This document shows, piece by piece, positions 35,161 to 49,398 of a stretch of DNA of 64,000 nt. The notes below the pieces were generated by a model. The model saw nothing but the letters and a program-made list of their open reading frames with translations. It was not told the origin of the DNA and made no database searches. Source of the DNA: Amphiscolops sp. MND2022 (lineage: Eukaryota); the NCBI GenBank assembly GCA_964187785.1, contig OZ076409.1:71860001-71924000 (forward strand). The letters are read 5' to 3'. A program made the translations under genes and the position numbers. Numbering within the stretch: the stretch's first letter is position 1; each line of letters begins with the position of its first letter.

Positions 35161-37146
35161 GTGGGCGGGGGTAATTCCCCTTCAAAAAATTCGGCCGGCG
35201 GGTTGGGTCCTGCCGGACGTCAAATAGTGTGAAACATCCAGTAGGAAACGGCGACATAAATCAGCGATTTTAAAATTTAACCGTTAGAATTCGGACTTGG
35301 AGTGCATGCGGCCCCAAAATGCCCATACGAATCGAAGTTCCTGCTGACGTTAAGCGATAAAAACATTTTATAAAAAGTTATGGCCCATTTTACGTTCACC
35401 TATAAGGGTAAAATGAGGAAAATTTTTACAAAGTCGCTGATAACTCAAAATACATTAATTTTTGGACTTTGACTGTGAAACAAGCTTAGAACGTTCATTT
35501 CGTGGCTGTAGCATTGCACTGAACACAAAAGATGTAAAGTTTTTACATTTTTTGAAAATTCGACATTTTTGATTTTTTTTTCACTACTATCAGTACACTA
35601 TATGTCAAAAACACCTCTGAAAAAAATTATTATTTGCTTAAAATTGGAAACCTTGGTATCCATGGTTTCTGTCCGACCCTACTCGCTGCCAAACACCCAA
35701 CAGTTTGCATCCAATGTGAAATTAAAATTTTTTTCGAGGTCTTAGGTGTTTCACAAGGATTTCTCAACTTAGTTTCAATTTACAAATTGGTCATATTGAA
35801 CACAATATTTTCATCGAAGCTTGTCAGATACCGCCCTAATGCTCACTAATGGGCCTACTCGCAACGTTGGAACCGTTTATAGTAATAGAAAGTTTAAAAA
35901 AAATATTTTCACCCGGTCTTCAGTCATTTTTCAGTCATTCGGAACTTAACTTAGAAAAATTTCGACCAAAATACCCATTTTTTGTCAGGTCGAAAAATCA
36001 AATTCAGATTTTCAAGCAAAATTATTTACTCTGACGTAACTAGTGGGCCCCATGATACTCAAAAACACGATTGGGACCGGTACCAATGGCTCCTATTTCA
36101 TATGAGCCGCGATAAGACGTTATTTTGAGCAACACGTCTCAATAGAGGTAAACATCTCGCAAGCCTGGGGTCACAGTGAAAAGTAATTTCATCAAGAATT
36201 TACTCATTTTTGTCAATCACTATGTGCACAGAGTGCGTAGGGTGCGTTTCAGCACTTTAATGAGGTTTTTGAAGGCATCGGTCTGCTCAAGGGGTGGTAT
36301 GAGACATTTTTTTCCTGTATACTACTGTTTTTCCAAAACTTTTAGCCAATTATCTGGAAAAACTAACTTGACAAAATACTTTCAATTACTTTATTCAAAG
36401 GTTACAATATAGATGAACCCTGTGGTTGATCAGAAACTCTCAACTATTTTGTTTTCCGGAAAAAATCACTTCGCATCTGTTACATTTGTAGCATGAAAAA
36501 AAGCAGAATCTAAAAAATACGCAATTTTGTTAAGATAGAATCGCGTTGATTGTGCCTAAAAAGTTAATAAACACGTCTGACGCCACCATACAGACCCAAA
36601 ATGATTGAACATGTCAATCAGAATGCTGACATGTTTTCTATCTACGATCATGGTTGGACAATTTTTGCATTATTTTCAAGTACCTGTTAACTGAATCTTG
36701 TGATAGCCTTTTAAGTTGGCCTTGTGTCAACTTTGGAAGGCTATCACATCAAAAAATTATCAACAAAAATGCGTTTTGTTTATACAATGTTGTTTTCGAT
36801 AAACATTTTTGCGATTCTAAGCTACCGTTAGTACCTTCCATGAGGTCAGCTAACGATAGCATGCAGTCTCTGATAAAAAATTATGAACTCAATTACATTT
36901 TTCTAAAATTTTTCTTAGAGAAAAGTACAAATAAATAAAAACAATATAAAATTCTAATCTCAAACAACTATAAATTGTTTGTTTTTCACCGTAATTAGTT
37001 TACGACCCATCACCCTATGTCACGGCACCGTCATTAGTACAACGCCACATAGTGTTGCGACGTGCACAGTCTGTGGGCATGCCGAGGCATGCCCTTCGAC
37101 GACGTATGCCGAATACCGCGGGCCTACGCCCGCGCTCCCCGGCTAG
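35161..37146 (+). mobile_element. Family B element (1986 bp)
   Basis: B body; palindrome 37075-37094. Confidence 0.75.
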
Positions 37147-39135
37147 GTGGGCGGGGGTAATTCCCCAACAAAAATTACGGCCGGCGGGTTGGGTCCTGCC
37201 GGACGTTCAAATAGCGCGAAGCATCTAGTAGAAAACAAGGAGTCCTGAAACAGCGATTTTAAAATTGAACCGTTAGAATTTGGTTTTAGATTGCATGCGG
37301 CCCTAAAATCCCCATACGAATGGAAGTTCCTGCTGGCGTTAAGCGATTGAAATAATATATAAAAAGTTATGGCCCATTTTTGGGTCACCGAGAAGGTCAA
37401 AATGAAGAAAATTTTAACTAAGTTGCTGATAACTCAAAATGTGGTAATTTTTAGACATTGACTGTGAAACAAGCTTGGAACCTTCATTTCGTGGCTGTGG
37501 CATTGCACTGAACACAAAAGATGTAAAGTTTTTACATTTTTCGAAAATTCGACATTTTTGATTTTTTTTCACTTCTATCAGTACACTATATGTCAAAAAC
37601 ACCTCTGAAAAAAATTATTATTTGCTTAAAATTGGAAACCTTGGTATCCATGGTTTCTGTCGGAACCTACTCGCTGCCAAACACCCAACAGTTTGCATCC
37701 AATGTGAATTTAAAATTTTTTTCGAGGTCATAAGGGTTTCACAATGTTTTCATAACTTAGTATTAAACTACAAACTGGTCATTTTCAACATAATATCTTT
37801 GTCGAGGCATGTCGGATATAGTCCTATTGCTCTCGAACGGTCCTACTGGCAACGTAATAACCATTTATAGAAATGTAAAGTTATAAAAAAAATTTTTTCA
37901 CCCGGTCTTCAGTCATGTTTCAGTCATTCGGAACTTAACTTAGAAAAATTTCGACCAAAATATCCATTTTTTGTCAGGTCGAAAAATCAAATTCAGATTT
38001 TTAAGCAAAATTATTAACTCTGACGTAACCCATGGGGCCCATGATACTCAAAACAACGATTGACACTGGTATCAATGGCTCCAATAACATATGAGTCGCG
38101 ATAAGACGTAATTTTGAGCATTACGTCTCAATTGAGGTAAAGATCTCGCAAGCCAGCGATCACTGTGAAATGTGATTTCATGAAAAATTTACTCTTTTTT
38201 GTCAATCACTATGTGCACAGAATGCGTAGGGTGCGTTTCAGCACTATAATGAGGTTTTTGAAGGCATCGAGTTGCTCAAGGGGTGGTATGAGACATTTTT
38301 GTCCCATATACTACTGTATTTTCCAAAATTTTTAGCCCAATATCTGGAAATACAAACTTGACAAAATACTTTCAACTACTTTATTCAAAGGTTACAATAT
38401 AGATGAACACTGTGGTTGATCAGAAACTTTCATCTCTTTCGTTTTCCGAAATATTTCCCTTCGCATGTGTTACATTCGTAGCAGAAAAAAAATCGAAACT
38501 GAAAAATACGCAATTTTGCTAATATAGAATCGCAATGATTGTGCCTAAAAACTCTTTAAACACTTCTAACGCAACCTTACGCACCCAAAATGATCGAAAA
38601 TGCTATTCACAATGGTGACATGTGCTCTTTCTACGATCCTGGCTGGACAAGGTTTGCATATTTTTCAAGTACCTGTCAGCTAAATCTTGTGATAGCCTTT
38701 TCAGTTGGCCTTGTGTCAACTTGGGAAGGCTATCACATCAAAAAACCATCAACAAAAATAATTTTTGTTTATTGGATCTTACAGTCGATACTTTTTTTCG
38801 TGATTCTATACTATCGTTAGTATATTTCATCAGGTCACCTTACGATTGCATTCAGTCTTTGATAAAAACCTATGAACTCAAAGTCACATTTATATATTTA
38901 TTTGCCGGAAAATAACATCAAAAATATCTAAAATATATAAAATAGAGTCTTTAACATTTTTACGTTTCAAGTTTTTGCCGTTATTAGGCCAATCAACGTC
39001 CTAGAGCCACATCCTGCCACATACTGTACAACGCCACATAGTGTTGCGACGTGCACAGTCTGTGGGCATGCCGAGGCATGCCCTTCGACGACGTATGCCG
39101 AATACCGCGGGCCTACGCCCGCGCTCCCCGGCTAG
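37147..39135 (+). mobile_element. Family B element (1989 bp)
   Basis: Head identical to 13659; palindrome 39064-39083. Confidence 0.75.
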
Positions 39136-42100
39136 GTGGGCGGGGGTAATTCCCCAACTAAAAATTCGGCCGGCGGGTCGGGTCCTGCCGGCCGTCCAAA
39201 ATCAAAATCCTCCTAGTAGAAAACGGCATGTCAAACGAGCTATTTTTTTATTTAACCGTTAGAATTTGGGTTTAGATTGCATGCGGCCATGAAATGGCCA
39301 TACGAATTGAAGTTCCTGCTGACGTTTTGCGATTGAAACACTTTATAAAAAGTTATGGCCAATTTGTCAGTCACCTAGAAGGGCAAAATGAGGAAAATTT
39401 TAACAAACTCGCTGATATCTCAAAATGTGTTAATTTTTGGACTTTGACTGTGAAACAAGCTTGGAACCTTCATTTCGTGGCTGTGGCATTGCACTGAACA
39501 CAAAAGCTGTAAAGTTTTCACATTTTTTGAAAATTCGACATTTTTGAAATTTTTTTCACTACTATCAGTACCCCATATGTCAAAAACACCTCAGAAAAAA
39601 ATTTTTATTTACTTTAAATTGGAAACCTTGGTATCCATGGTTTCTGTCGGAACCTACTCGCAGCCAAACACCCAACAGTTTGCATCCAATGTGAAATAAA
39701 AAATTTTTTCGAGGTCATAAGCGTTTCACAAGGTTTTCATGATTTAGTATTAAATTACATAGTGGTCATTTTAAACATAAAATTTTGGTCCAGGCATGTC
39801 GGATATAGTCTGAATGCTCACGAACGGTCCTACTGGCAACGTAGGAACCATTTATAGTAATAAAAAGTATTAAAAAAATTTTTTCACCCGGTCTTCAGTC
39901 ATTTTTCAGACATTCGGAACTTAACTTAGAAAATTTTCGAACCAAATACCCATTTTTTGACAGATCGAAAATTCAAATTCAACTTTTTAAGCAAAATTAT
40001 TAACTCTGACGTAACCAGTGGGGTCCATGATACTCAAAAATACGATTGGGACTGGTACCAATGGCTCCAATATCATATGAGCCGCGATAAGACGTTATTT
40101 TGAGCAATACGTCTCAATTGAGGGAAACATCTCGCAAGCCTGGGATCACAGTTAAAAGTGATTTCGTCAAAAATTTACTCTTTTTCGTCAATCACTATGT
40201 ACACAGAGTGCGTAGGGTGAGTTTCAGCACTATAATGCGGTTTTTGAAGGCATCGGGTTGCTCAAGGGGTGGTATGAGACATTTTTTTTGCATGTAGTAC
40301 TATATTTCTCAAAACTTTTAGCCCATTGTCTCGAAAAGCTCACTTCGCAAATTACTTTCAATTACTCTATTCGAAGCTTAGAATATATATGAACACTGTG
40401 GTTGATCAGAAACTCTTGACTATTTTGTTTTTGGAAAAAAACTGCCTTGCATGTGTTACATTAGTGGCAGGAAAAATACCAGTAACTCCAAAAATCACAA
40501 TTTTGGACGGACAGACCTGCAATGATGCAAAGCAAAAACGTTTCAACAACTTCTGGCGCCACTTTTTTTTACCCAAGAGGTTCGAAATTACTATTAACAA
40601 TGCTGACCTTCGCTATAAATAAGATCGAGGTCAATTTACTAACACTTAGGTTATACATTTATATCTGAGAAACCATTCTTTGTCAGGTCGCAATTTTAAA
40701 TTTAGTTTGGGAAGCAATACTTTTCACTCTGAAGCAAACCGTTGGGCCCAAATTACTCAAAAACTACAAAAAGACTGTCACCATATGCCCTAATAGCATA
40801 TGAGATTCGACCGTATGTTTTTAACACAAAAACTCTCATCCGAAGTAAACATGTTGAAAGCCTTGAATCACCGTGAGAAATGATTTCATCAAAAAATATT
40901 CCTTTTTCGTCAATCTTTATCTACACAGAACACGTTGTGTCATTTTCAGCCGTGAAATGAGCTTCTACCGTAATATGGGTTGCTCAAGGTGTTGTATAAG
41001 ACAAAAACTTCCTCTTTTCTACTATCTTCTTCAAATATTTCAACCCTTTGTCACAAGAAGTTAATATTCAAAATCTCTTTGAAATGTTTCTTTAGGTTGG
41101 GGTGAAGTGTTAGAACAATAATTATGATCGAAGAATGATAGTATTGGTGTTTGGACCATGTCCGGATGAACAAATTGCAAAATCATGAAAAATTTCTTAC
41201 CATTTTTGGTCATTTTGTCAGTACTAAAAATGTTAGCTGAAAAAGAATTTTTTTGATGGCACCATTGGATTCCTCTCAAAAAGTTAGCTATATGAGCTGT
41301 GTAATAACCCCGTATCTTTTCAATTTAAATAATTTTAAAAAGCAAACTTTTTTGACTAAAATCCTAAAAATCATACCATTTCCTAAAAAATTTCAAATGC
41401 CCCCCATTTGACGTATAAGAATAGCACAGAAAACTATCACATACCGATCGACTCTACTTCCATTGTAGATTACCAGAATTTTGTTTAGAACAATTTTTGA
41501 CGGATGCAAAAAAAATTTAAACCCTCCAAAAAAGGGCCAAAATTACACGAAAAAATTGACCTTAAAATTTTAAAATGTCGAAAAATCATCAAAACCACAG
41601 CTTCTTGGGGTTCTATCAACTCCACGTGGTCCACAGAGTATGTTAAAACAAGTTTTACCCGTATTTGAGCAATATGTGAAAAAGCCGACTTTTTTGGGAA
41701 TGAAAAACATACCATTTCCTAAAAAATTTCAAACGCACCCCATTTGACGTATAAGAATAGCACAGAAAACTATCACATACCGATCGACTCTACTTCCATT
41801 GTAGTTTACCAGAATCTTGTTTAGAACAATTGTTGACGGATGCAAAAAAAAATTAAACCCTCCAAAAATGGGCCAAAATTACACGAAAAAATTGACCTTA
41901 AATTCTTAAAATGTCAAAAAATCATCAAAACCACAGCTTCTTGGGGTTCTATCAAATCCACGTGGTCCACAGAGTATGTTAAAACAGGTTTTACCTGTTT
42001 CTGAGCTATATATGAAAAAACCGACATTTTGGGGAAGAAAAACATACCATTTCCTAAAAAATTTCAAATGCACGCCATTTGCCGTATGAGAATAGCACAG

Positions 42101-43898
42101 AAAACTATCACATACCGATCAACTCTACTTCTATTGTAGATTATCAGATTTTTGTTTAGAACAAATTTTTATGGATATAAAAAATTTTTAAACCCTCCAA
42201 AAATGAGCCAAAATAACACGAAAAAATGGACCCTAAATTTTTAAAATGTCAAAAAATTATCCAAACCACAGCTTCTTGGGGTTCTATCAGCTCCACGTGG
42301 TCCACAGAGTATGCTAAAACAGGTTTTGCCCGTTTTTGAGCAATATATGAAAAAGCCGACATTTTTGGGGAAGAAAAACATACCATTTCCTAAATAATTT
42401 CAAATGCAGGCAATTTGCCGTATGAGAGTAGCACAGAAAACTATCACACACCGATCAACTCTACTTCTTTTGTAGATTATCAGAATTATGTTTAGAGTAA
42501 AGTTTTATGGATATGAAAAATTTTTATACCCTCCAAAAATGGGCCAAAATGACACGAAAAAATTGACTTCAAATTTTTAAAATGTCAAAAAATTATCCAA
42601 ACCACAGCGTCTTGGCGTTCTATCAACTCCAAATGACCTTCAGAGTATACCAAACCAGGTATTGCCAATCTTTTGAGCAATATTTAAAAACACCGACTAT
42701 TTGGCAAGAACACCATAATATGTTCCATATAAGAAGTGAATCATTCCACATATATACCCGGTCTAATATTTCCAACTTAGCGATAACATTTATACATGAT
42801 GGTTTTTGAAAGTGAGCTTCATAAGAGGTTGAGATGTAATAATACGTAAATGGACCCTAAGTTTCATTGAAATCTCAATGGAATACGTCCAATCAACTTC
42901 AATCCTAACTATTATATAACAATAAACACTTGAGTACATTCCATCTCCCCATCGGGGGAGATGAGAATGTACTTTTCAAAAGCCAAAAACTTCGAATTTT
43001 AAATCTTTTGTAACATTGTATGTAACTGTTGAAACGATGAACGAATAAAAATGCTTCTAGTACCTTCATCAATTTTTGCTTCAGCTCCTATTTCTGCAGA
43101 ACAAAACCAAAAGACACACTTACAGCAGTTAAGTTCGATTGTATAACTCAGTGATATAAAGGTATGACTGAGGAAGTTCACAAGTTGTTTCAAAAGTTTC
43201 CGGCCTTCCAAAATCATGAAACGTCCACACAACCAAGATAGCAAGTGAAAGAATGCTGAATGAACCTTATTAGATGAGATAAATAATGTGTGGAACTTGC
43301 CATTATCTCAAGATGACGTTGATTTATGATCTTTTAAGGATAGTTCGATATGTGACCACAATAGTGGAAAACTTATTACTATTTGAAGAACACCGTGGAA
43401 AGCGTTCAGAAAGGACAGTATATTTGTTTCGAGCATGCATGCGTGTGTTCCTTTGGTGACGTTAGCTTAGTGTACATGACGGAGGTATTCGAGAGATTAT
43501 GATAGAGTTTACTCACAAGTCTTTGTTTTTTAAACTTTCTATGCCGTTGAGTACATTCGTAAGGTACATCCATCCCCTTCTCTGGGAATGTACGTTTGCC
43601 AAATGACTGTCATCCAAAATTCGTAATCCGGACGAGTTTAACTACATAAACATGTGATGAGCGTTTTCAATTCACAACCGAATAACATTTTTTTCTCGAA
43701 AATGATGATGGTTTTGATTTTGATGTCTTCTACTTTTATCATCATGCAAACGACCTTACCATGTCTCTCTTCTGTCGTCATTTGTACAACGCCACATAGC
43801 GTTCCGACGCCCACCGTCTGTGGGCATGCCGAGGCATGCCCTTCGACGACGTATGCCAAATGAGCCATACCCGCACTCTGGAGTGCGGTAGCGGCTAG
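39136..43898 (+). mobile_element. Family F element (4763 bp)
   Basis: Near-identical to 21616-26378 beyond the first ~0.8 kb; palindrome 43822-43841. Confidence 0.75.
41372..42710 (+). repeat. Internal ~336-bp tandem repeat, ~4 copies
   Basis: CATACCATTTCCT at 41372, 41708, 42043, 42379. Confidence 0.85.
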
Positions 43899-46800
43899 GT
43901 GGGCGGGGGTAATTCCCCAACAAAAATTACGGCCGGCGGGTTGGGTCCTGCCGGACGTTCAAATAGCGCGAAGCATCTAGTAGAAAACAAGGAGTCCTGA
44001 AACAGCGATTTTAAAATTGAACCGTTAGAATTTGGTTTTAGATTGCATGCGGCCCTAAAATCCCCATACGAATGGAAGTTCCTGCTGGCGTTAAGCGATT
44101 GAAATAATATATAAAAAGTTATGGCCCATTTTTGGGTCACCGAGAAGGTCAAAATGAAGAAAATTTTAACTAAGTTGCTGATAACTCAAAATGTGTTAAT
44201 TTTTGGACTTTGACTGTGAAACAAGCTTGGAACCTTCATTTCGTGGCTGTGGCATTGCACTGAACACAAAAGATGTAAAGTTTTCACATTTTTTGAAAAT
44301 TCGACATTTTTGAATTTTTTTTCACTACTATCAGTACACTATATGTCAAAAACACCTCTGAAAAATTTTTTTATTTGCTTTAATTTAGAAACCTCGGTAT
44401 CCATGGTTTCCGTCAGTACCTACTCGCTGCCAAACACTCAACAGTTTGCATCCAATGTGAAAATAATTTTTTTTTCGAGGTCTTAGGTGTTTCACAAGGA
44501 TTTCTCAACTTAGTATCAATTTACAAATTGGTCATTTTGAACACATTATTTTCATCGAAGCGTGTCATATACCGCCCTAATGCTCACTAATGGGCCTACT
44601 CGCAACGTTGGAACCATTTATAGTAATAGAAAGTTTAAAAAAAATATTTTCACCCGGTCTTCAGTCATTTTTCAGTCATTCGGAACTTAACTTAGAAAAA
44701 TTTCGACCAAAATACCCATTTTTTGTCAGGTCGAAAAATCAAATTCAGATTTTTAAGCAAAATTATTTACTCTGACGTAACTAGTGGGCCCCATGATACT
44801 CAAAAACACGATTGGGACTGGTACCAATGGCTCCAATATCATATGAGCCGCGATAAGACGTTATTTTGAGCAATACGTCTCAATTGAGGGAAACATCTCG
44901 CAAGCCTGGGATCACAGTTAAAAGTGATTTCGTCAAAAATTTACTCTTTTTCGTCAATCACTATGTACACAGAGTGCGTAGGGTGAGTTTCAGCACTATA
45001 ATGCGGTTTTTGAAGGAATCGGTCTGCTCAAGGGGTGGTATGAGACATTTTTTTTGCATGTAGTACTATATTTCTCAAAACTTTTAGCCCAATATCTCGA
45101 AAAGCTCACTTCGCAAATTACTTTCAGTTACTCTATTCGAAGCTTAGAATATATATGAACACTGTGGTTGATCAGAAACTCTTGACTATTTTGTTTTTGG
45201 AAAAAAACTGCCTTGCATGTGTTACATTAGTGGCAGGAAAAATACCAGTAGCTCCAAAAATCACAATTTTGGACGGACAGACCTGCAATGATGCAAAGCA
45301 AAAACGTTTCAACAACTTCTGGCGCCACTTTTTTTACCCAAGAGGTTCGAAATTACTATTAACAATGCTGACATTCGCTATAAATAAGATCGAGGTCAAT
45401 TTACTAACACTTAGGTTATACATTTATATCTGAGAAACCATTCTTTGTCAGGTCGCAATTTTAAATTTAGTTTGGGAAGCAATACTTTTCACTCTGAAGC
45501 AAACCGTTGGGCCCAAATTACTCAAAAACTACAAAAAGACTGTCACCATATGCCCTAATAGCATATGAGATTCGACCGTATGTTTTTAACACAAAAACTC
45601 TCATCCGAAGTAAACATGTTGAAAGCCTTGAATCACCGTGAGAAATGATTTCATCAAAAAATATTCCTTTTTCGTCAATCTTTATCTACACAGAACACGT
45701 TGTGTCATTTTCAGCCGTGAAATGAGCTTCTACCGTAATATGGGTTGCTCAAGGTGTTGTATAAGACAAAAACTTCCTCTTTTCTACTATCTTCTTCAAA
45801 TATTTCAACCCTTTGTCACAAGAAGTTAATATTCAAAATCTCTTTGAAAAGTTTCTTTAGGTTGGGGTGAAGTGTTAGAACAATAATTATGATCGAAGAA
45901 TGATAGTATTGGTGTTTGGACCATGTCCGGATGAACAAATTGCAAAATCATAAAAAAATTTCTTACCATTTTTGGTCATTTTGTCAGTACTAAAAATGTT
46001 AGCTGAAAAAGAATTTTTTTGATGGCACCATTGGATTCCTCTCAAAAAGTTAGCTATATGAACTGTGTAATAACCCCGTATCTTTTCAATTTAAATAATT
46101 TTAAAAAGCAAACTTTTTTGACTAAAATCCTAAAAATCATACCATTTCCTAAAAAATTTCAAATGCCCCCCATTTGACGTATAAGAATAGCACAGAAAAC
46201 TATCACATACCGATCGACTCTACTTCCATTGTAGATTACCAGAATTTTGTTTAGAACAATTTTTGACGGATGCAAAAAAATTTAAACCCTCCAAAAAAGG
46301 GCCAAAATTACACGAAAAAATTGACCTTAAAATTTTAAAATGTCGAAAAATCATCAAAACCACAGCTTCTTGGGGTTCTATCAACTCCACGTGGTCCACA
46401 GAGTATGTTAAAACAAGTTTTACCCGTATTTGAGCAATATGTGAAAAAGCCGACTTTTTTGGGAATGAAAAACATACCATTTCCTAAAAAATTTCAAACG
46501 CACCCCATTTGACGTATAAGAATAGCACAGAAAACTATCACATACCGATCGACTCTACTTCCATTGTAGGTTACCAGAATCTTGTTTAGAACAATTGTTG
46601 ACGGATGCAAAAAAAAAATTAAACCCTCCAAAAATGGGCCAAAATTACACGAAAAAATTGACCTTAAATTTTTAAAATGTCAAAAAATCATCAAAACCAC
46701 AGCTTCTTGGGGTTCTATCAACTCCACGTGGTCCACAGAGTATGCTAAAACAGGTTTTACATGTTTCTGAGCTATATGTGAAAAAATCGACATTTTGGGG

Positions 46801-48329
46801 AAGAAAAACATACCATTTCTTAAAAAATTTCAAATGCACGCCATTTGCCGTATGAGAATAGCACAGAAAACTATCACATACCGATCAACTCTACTTCTAT
46901 TGTAGATTATCAGATTTTTGTTTAGAACAAATTTTTATGGATATAAAAAATTTTTAAACCCTCCAAAAATGAGCCAAAATAACACGAAAAAATGGACCCT
47001 AAATTTTTAAAATGTCAATATATTATCCAAACCACAGCTTCTTGGGGTTCTATCAGCTCCACGTGGTCCACAGAGTATGCTAAAACAGGTTTTGCCCGTT
47101 TTTGAGCAGTATATGAAAAAGCCGACATTTTTGGGGAAGAAAAACATACCATTTCCTAAATAATTTCAAATGCAGGCAATTTGCCGTATGAGAGTAGCAC
47201 AGAAAACTATCACACACCGATCAACTCTACTTCTTTTGTAGATTATCAGAATTATGTTTAGAGTAAAGTTTTATGGATATGAAAAATTTTTATACCCTCC
47301 AAAAATGGGCCAAAATGACACGAAAAAATTGACCTCAAATTTTTAAAATGTCAAAAAATTATCCAAACCACAGCGTCTTGGCGTTCTATCAACTCCAAAT
47401 GACCTTCAGAGTATACCAAACCAGGTATTGCCAATCTTTTGAGCAATATTTAAAAACACCGACTATTTGGCAAGAACACCATAATATGTTCCATATAAGA
47501 AGTGAATCATTCCACATATATACCCGGTCTAATATTTCCAAATTAGCGATAACATTTATACATGATGGTTTTTGAAAGTGAGCTTCATAAGAGGTTGAGA
47601 TGTAATAATACGTAAATGGACCCTAAGTTTCATTGAAATCTCAATGGAATACGTCCAATCAACTTCAATCCTAACTATTATATAACAAAAAACACTTGAG
47701 TACATTCCATCTCCCCATCGGGGGAGATGAGAATGTACTTTTCAAAAGCCAAAAACTTCGAATTTTAAATCTTTTGTAACATTGTATGTAACTGTTGACA
47801 TATGTATGGTGACATGTGCTCTTTCTACGATCCTGGCTGGACAAGGTTTGCATATTTTTCAAGTACCTGTCAGCTAAATCTTGTGATAGCCTTTTCAGTT
47901 GGCCTTGTGTCAACTTGGGAAGGCTATCACATCAAAAAACCATCAACAAAAATAATTTTTGTTTATTGGATCTTACAGTCGATACTTTTTTTCGTGATTC
48001 TATACTACCGTTAGTATATTTCATCAGGTCACCTTACGATTGCATTCAGTCTTTGATAAAAACCTATGAACTCAAAGTCACATTTTTATATTTTTTTGCC
48101 AGAAAATAACATCAAAAATATCTAAAATATATAAAATAGAGTCTTTAACATTTTTACGTTTCAAGTGTTTGCCGTTATTAGGCCAATCAACGTCCTAGAG
48201 CCACATCCTGCCACATACTGTACAACGCCACATAGTGTTGCGACGTGCACAGTCTGTGGGCATGCCGAGGCATGCCCTTCGACGACGTATGCCGAATACC
48301 GCGGGCCTACGCCCGCGCTCCCCGGCTAG
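43899..48329 (+). mobile_element. Chimeric F/B element (4431 bp)
   Basis: F body to 47798, filler CATATGT, then B 3' end from 47806; palindrome 48258-48277. Confidence 0.78.
46138..47480 (+). repeat. Internal ~336-bp tandem repeat, ~4 copies
   Basis: CATACCATTTC at 46138, 46473, 46809, 47145. Confidence 0.85.
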
Positions 48330-49398
48330 GTGGTCAAGGGGGATGCCCATCAGAAAATATTGCGAGGCCGGGGAGGGTCCCGAGAGCCGAGCACATTCTA
48401 TCAATTCCTACCTTCAGGATTGCGAAGTATTTTAACCGATCTCGAAATTCACCCGTAGGATTTGTCTGAAACTTTGCATGTGGCTTTATCTCGAAAATTT
48501 AAGAATTTTTTTCTGCTGACGTTTTTCCAGGAAAATTCATTATGTAGGGTTTTTTGCGTTTTTTTGGTTTTTTTCATCTTTTTTCATCTTTGATTAATCA
48601 ATGACCGAATCAAAGGCCATTTTCACCATGAAGGAAAGCCCGTAGCGGCAAAGTGCACTTTTATGAAAATCATCAACGGTCAACGGTCTTTCGAACGGTC
48701 CGAAAAAATTTTCCCCCGGGGGAAACCAAAGTGCCGAAAAGTGCCAAAATTATTTTTTTGACTGAATCACTTTGATCAAATTGATGATTTGAGCAGTCGG
48801 AACGGTCCGCACGGTCTCGGACAATAAGGTCAAAAATTGTCAGCATCCAATGGGGGTTCCAAAAATGTAATTCGTTCACCTGTAGGAGACATCAGAAAAA
48901 AGTTGATTTTTTGGGGTATATGTCATTATGAGTGATTGGATGAGAAATAATTGTATCACTTTAAGTTGGATATGATGCAGCACAGGAAGCAGCTGCAGCA
49001 AACTTGAAACTGATTATGGGGCTGGGGTTTACCCTCTGTATCGAGCAAAACAGCCCTAGGGCATAAGTTGTGCCAAAAAATGCCTCAAAGTGATGATTTG
49101 GTTATTGCAAATCGATCAGCAAAATTTATTGTCACCGGTGTTCCGAGAGTTGCGCAGCATCTCGCAGGAACAACGGTGCTTGCTTAGAAAGCAAAAAACC
49201 ACAAAATCCCTTGCGTTAAGTTGACGGCAGTCACCATAGACATTCACTCGTCAGGGTGATGATATTTATCGTTCAATCCCAGAATAACTTACAAAAAATT
49301 GCTAGCCTCAATATTTCCTTTTCATACTCCATTAGCAAAGGTTGCGCTGTTAGGTTTAGGCCTTTTACTAGCAGTGCTCTAAATCGCTCCATCGCTAG
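48330..49398 (+). mobile_element. Family G element (1069 bp)
   Basis: 5' half homologous to D (TTAATCAAT...AAAGGCCATTTTCA); no palindrome; ends CTCCATCGCTAG. Confidence 0.7.
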
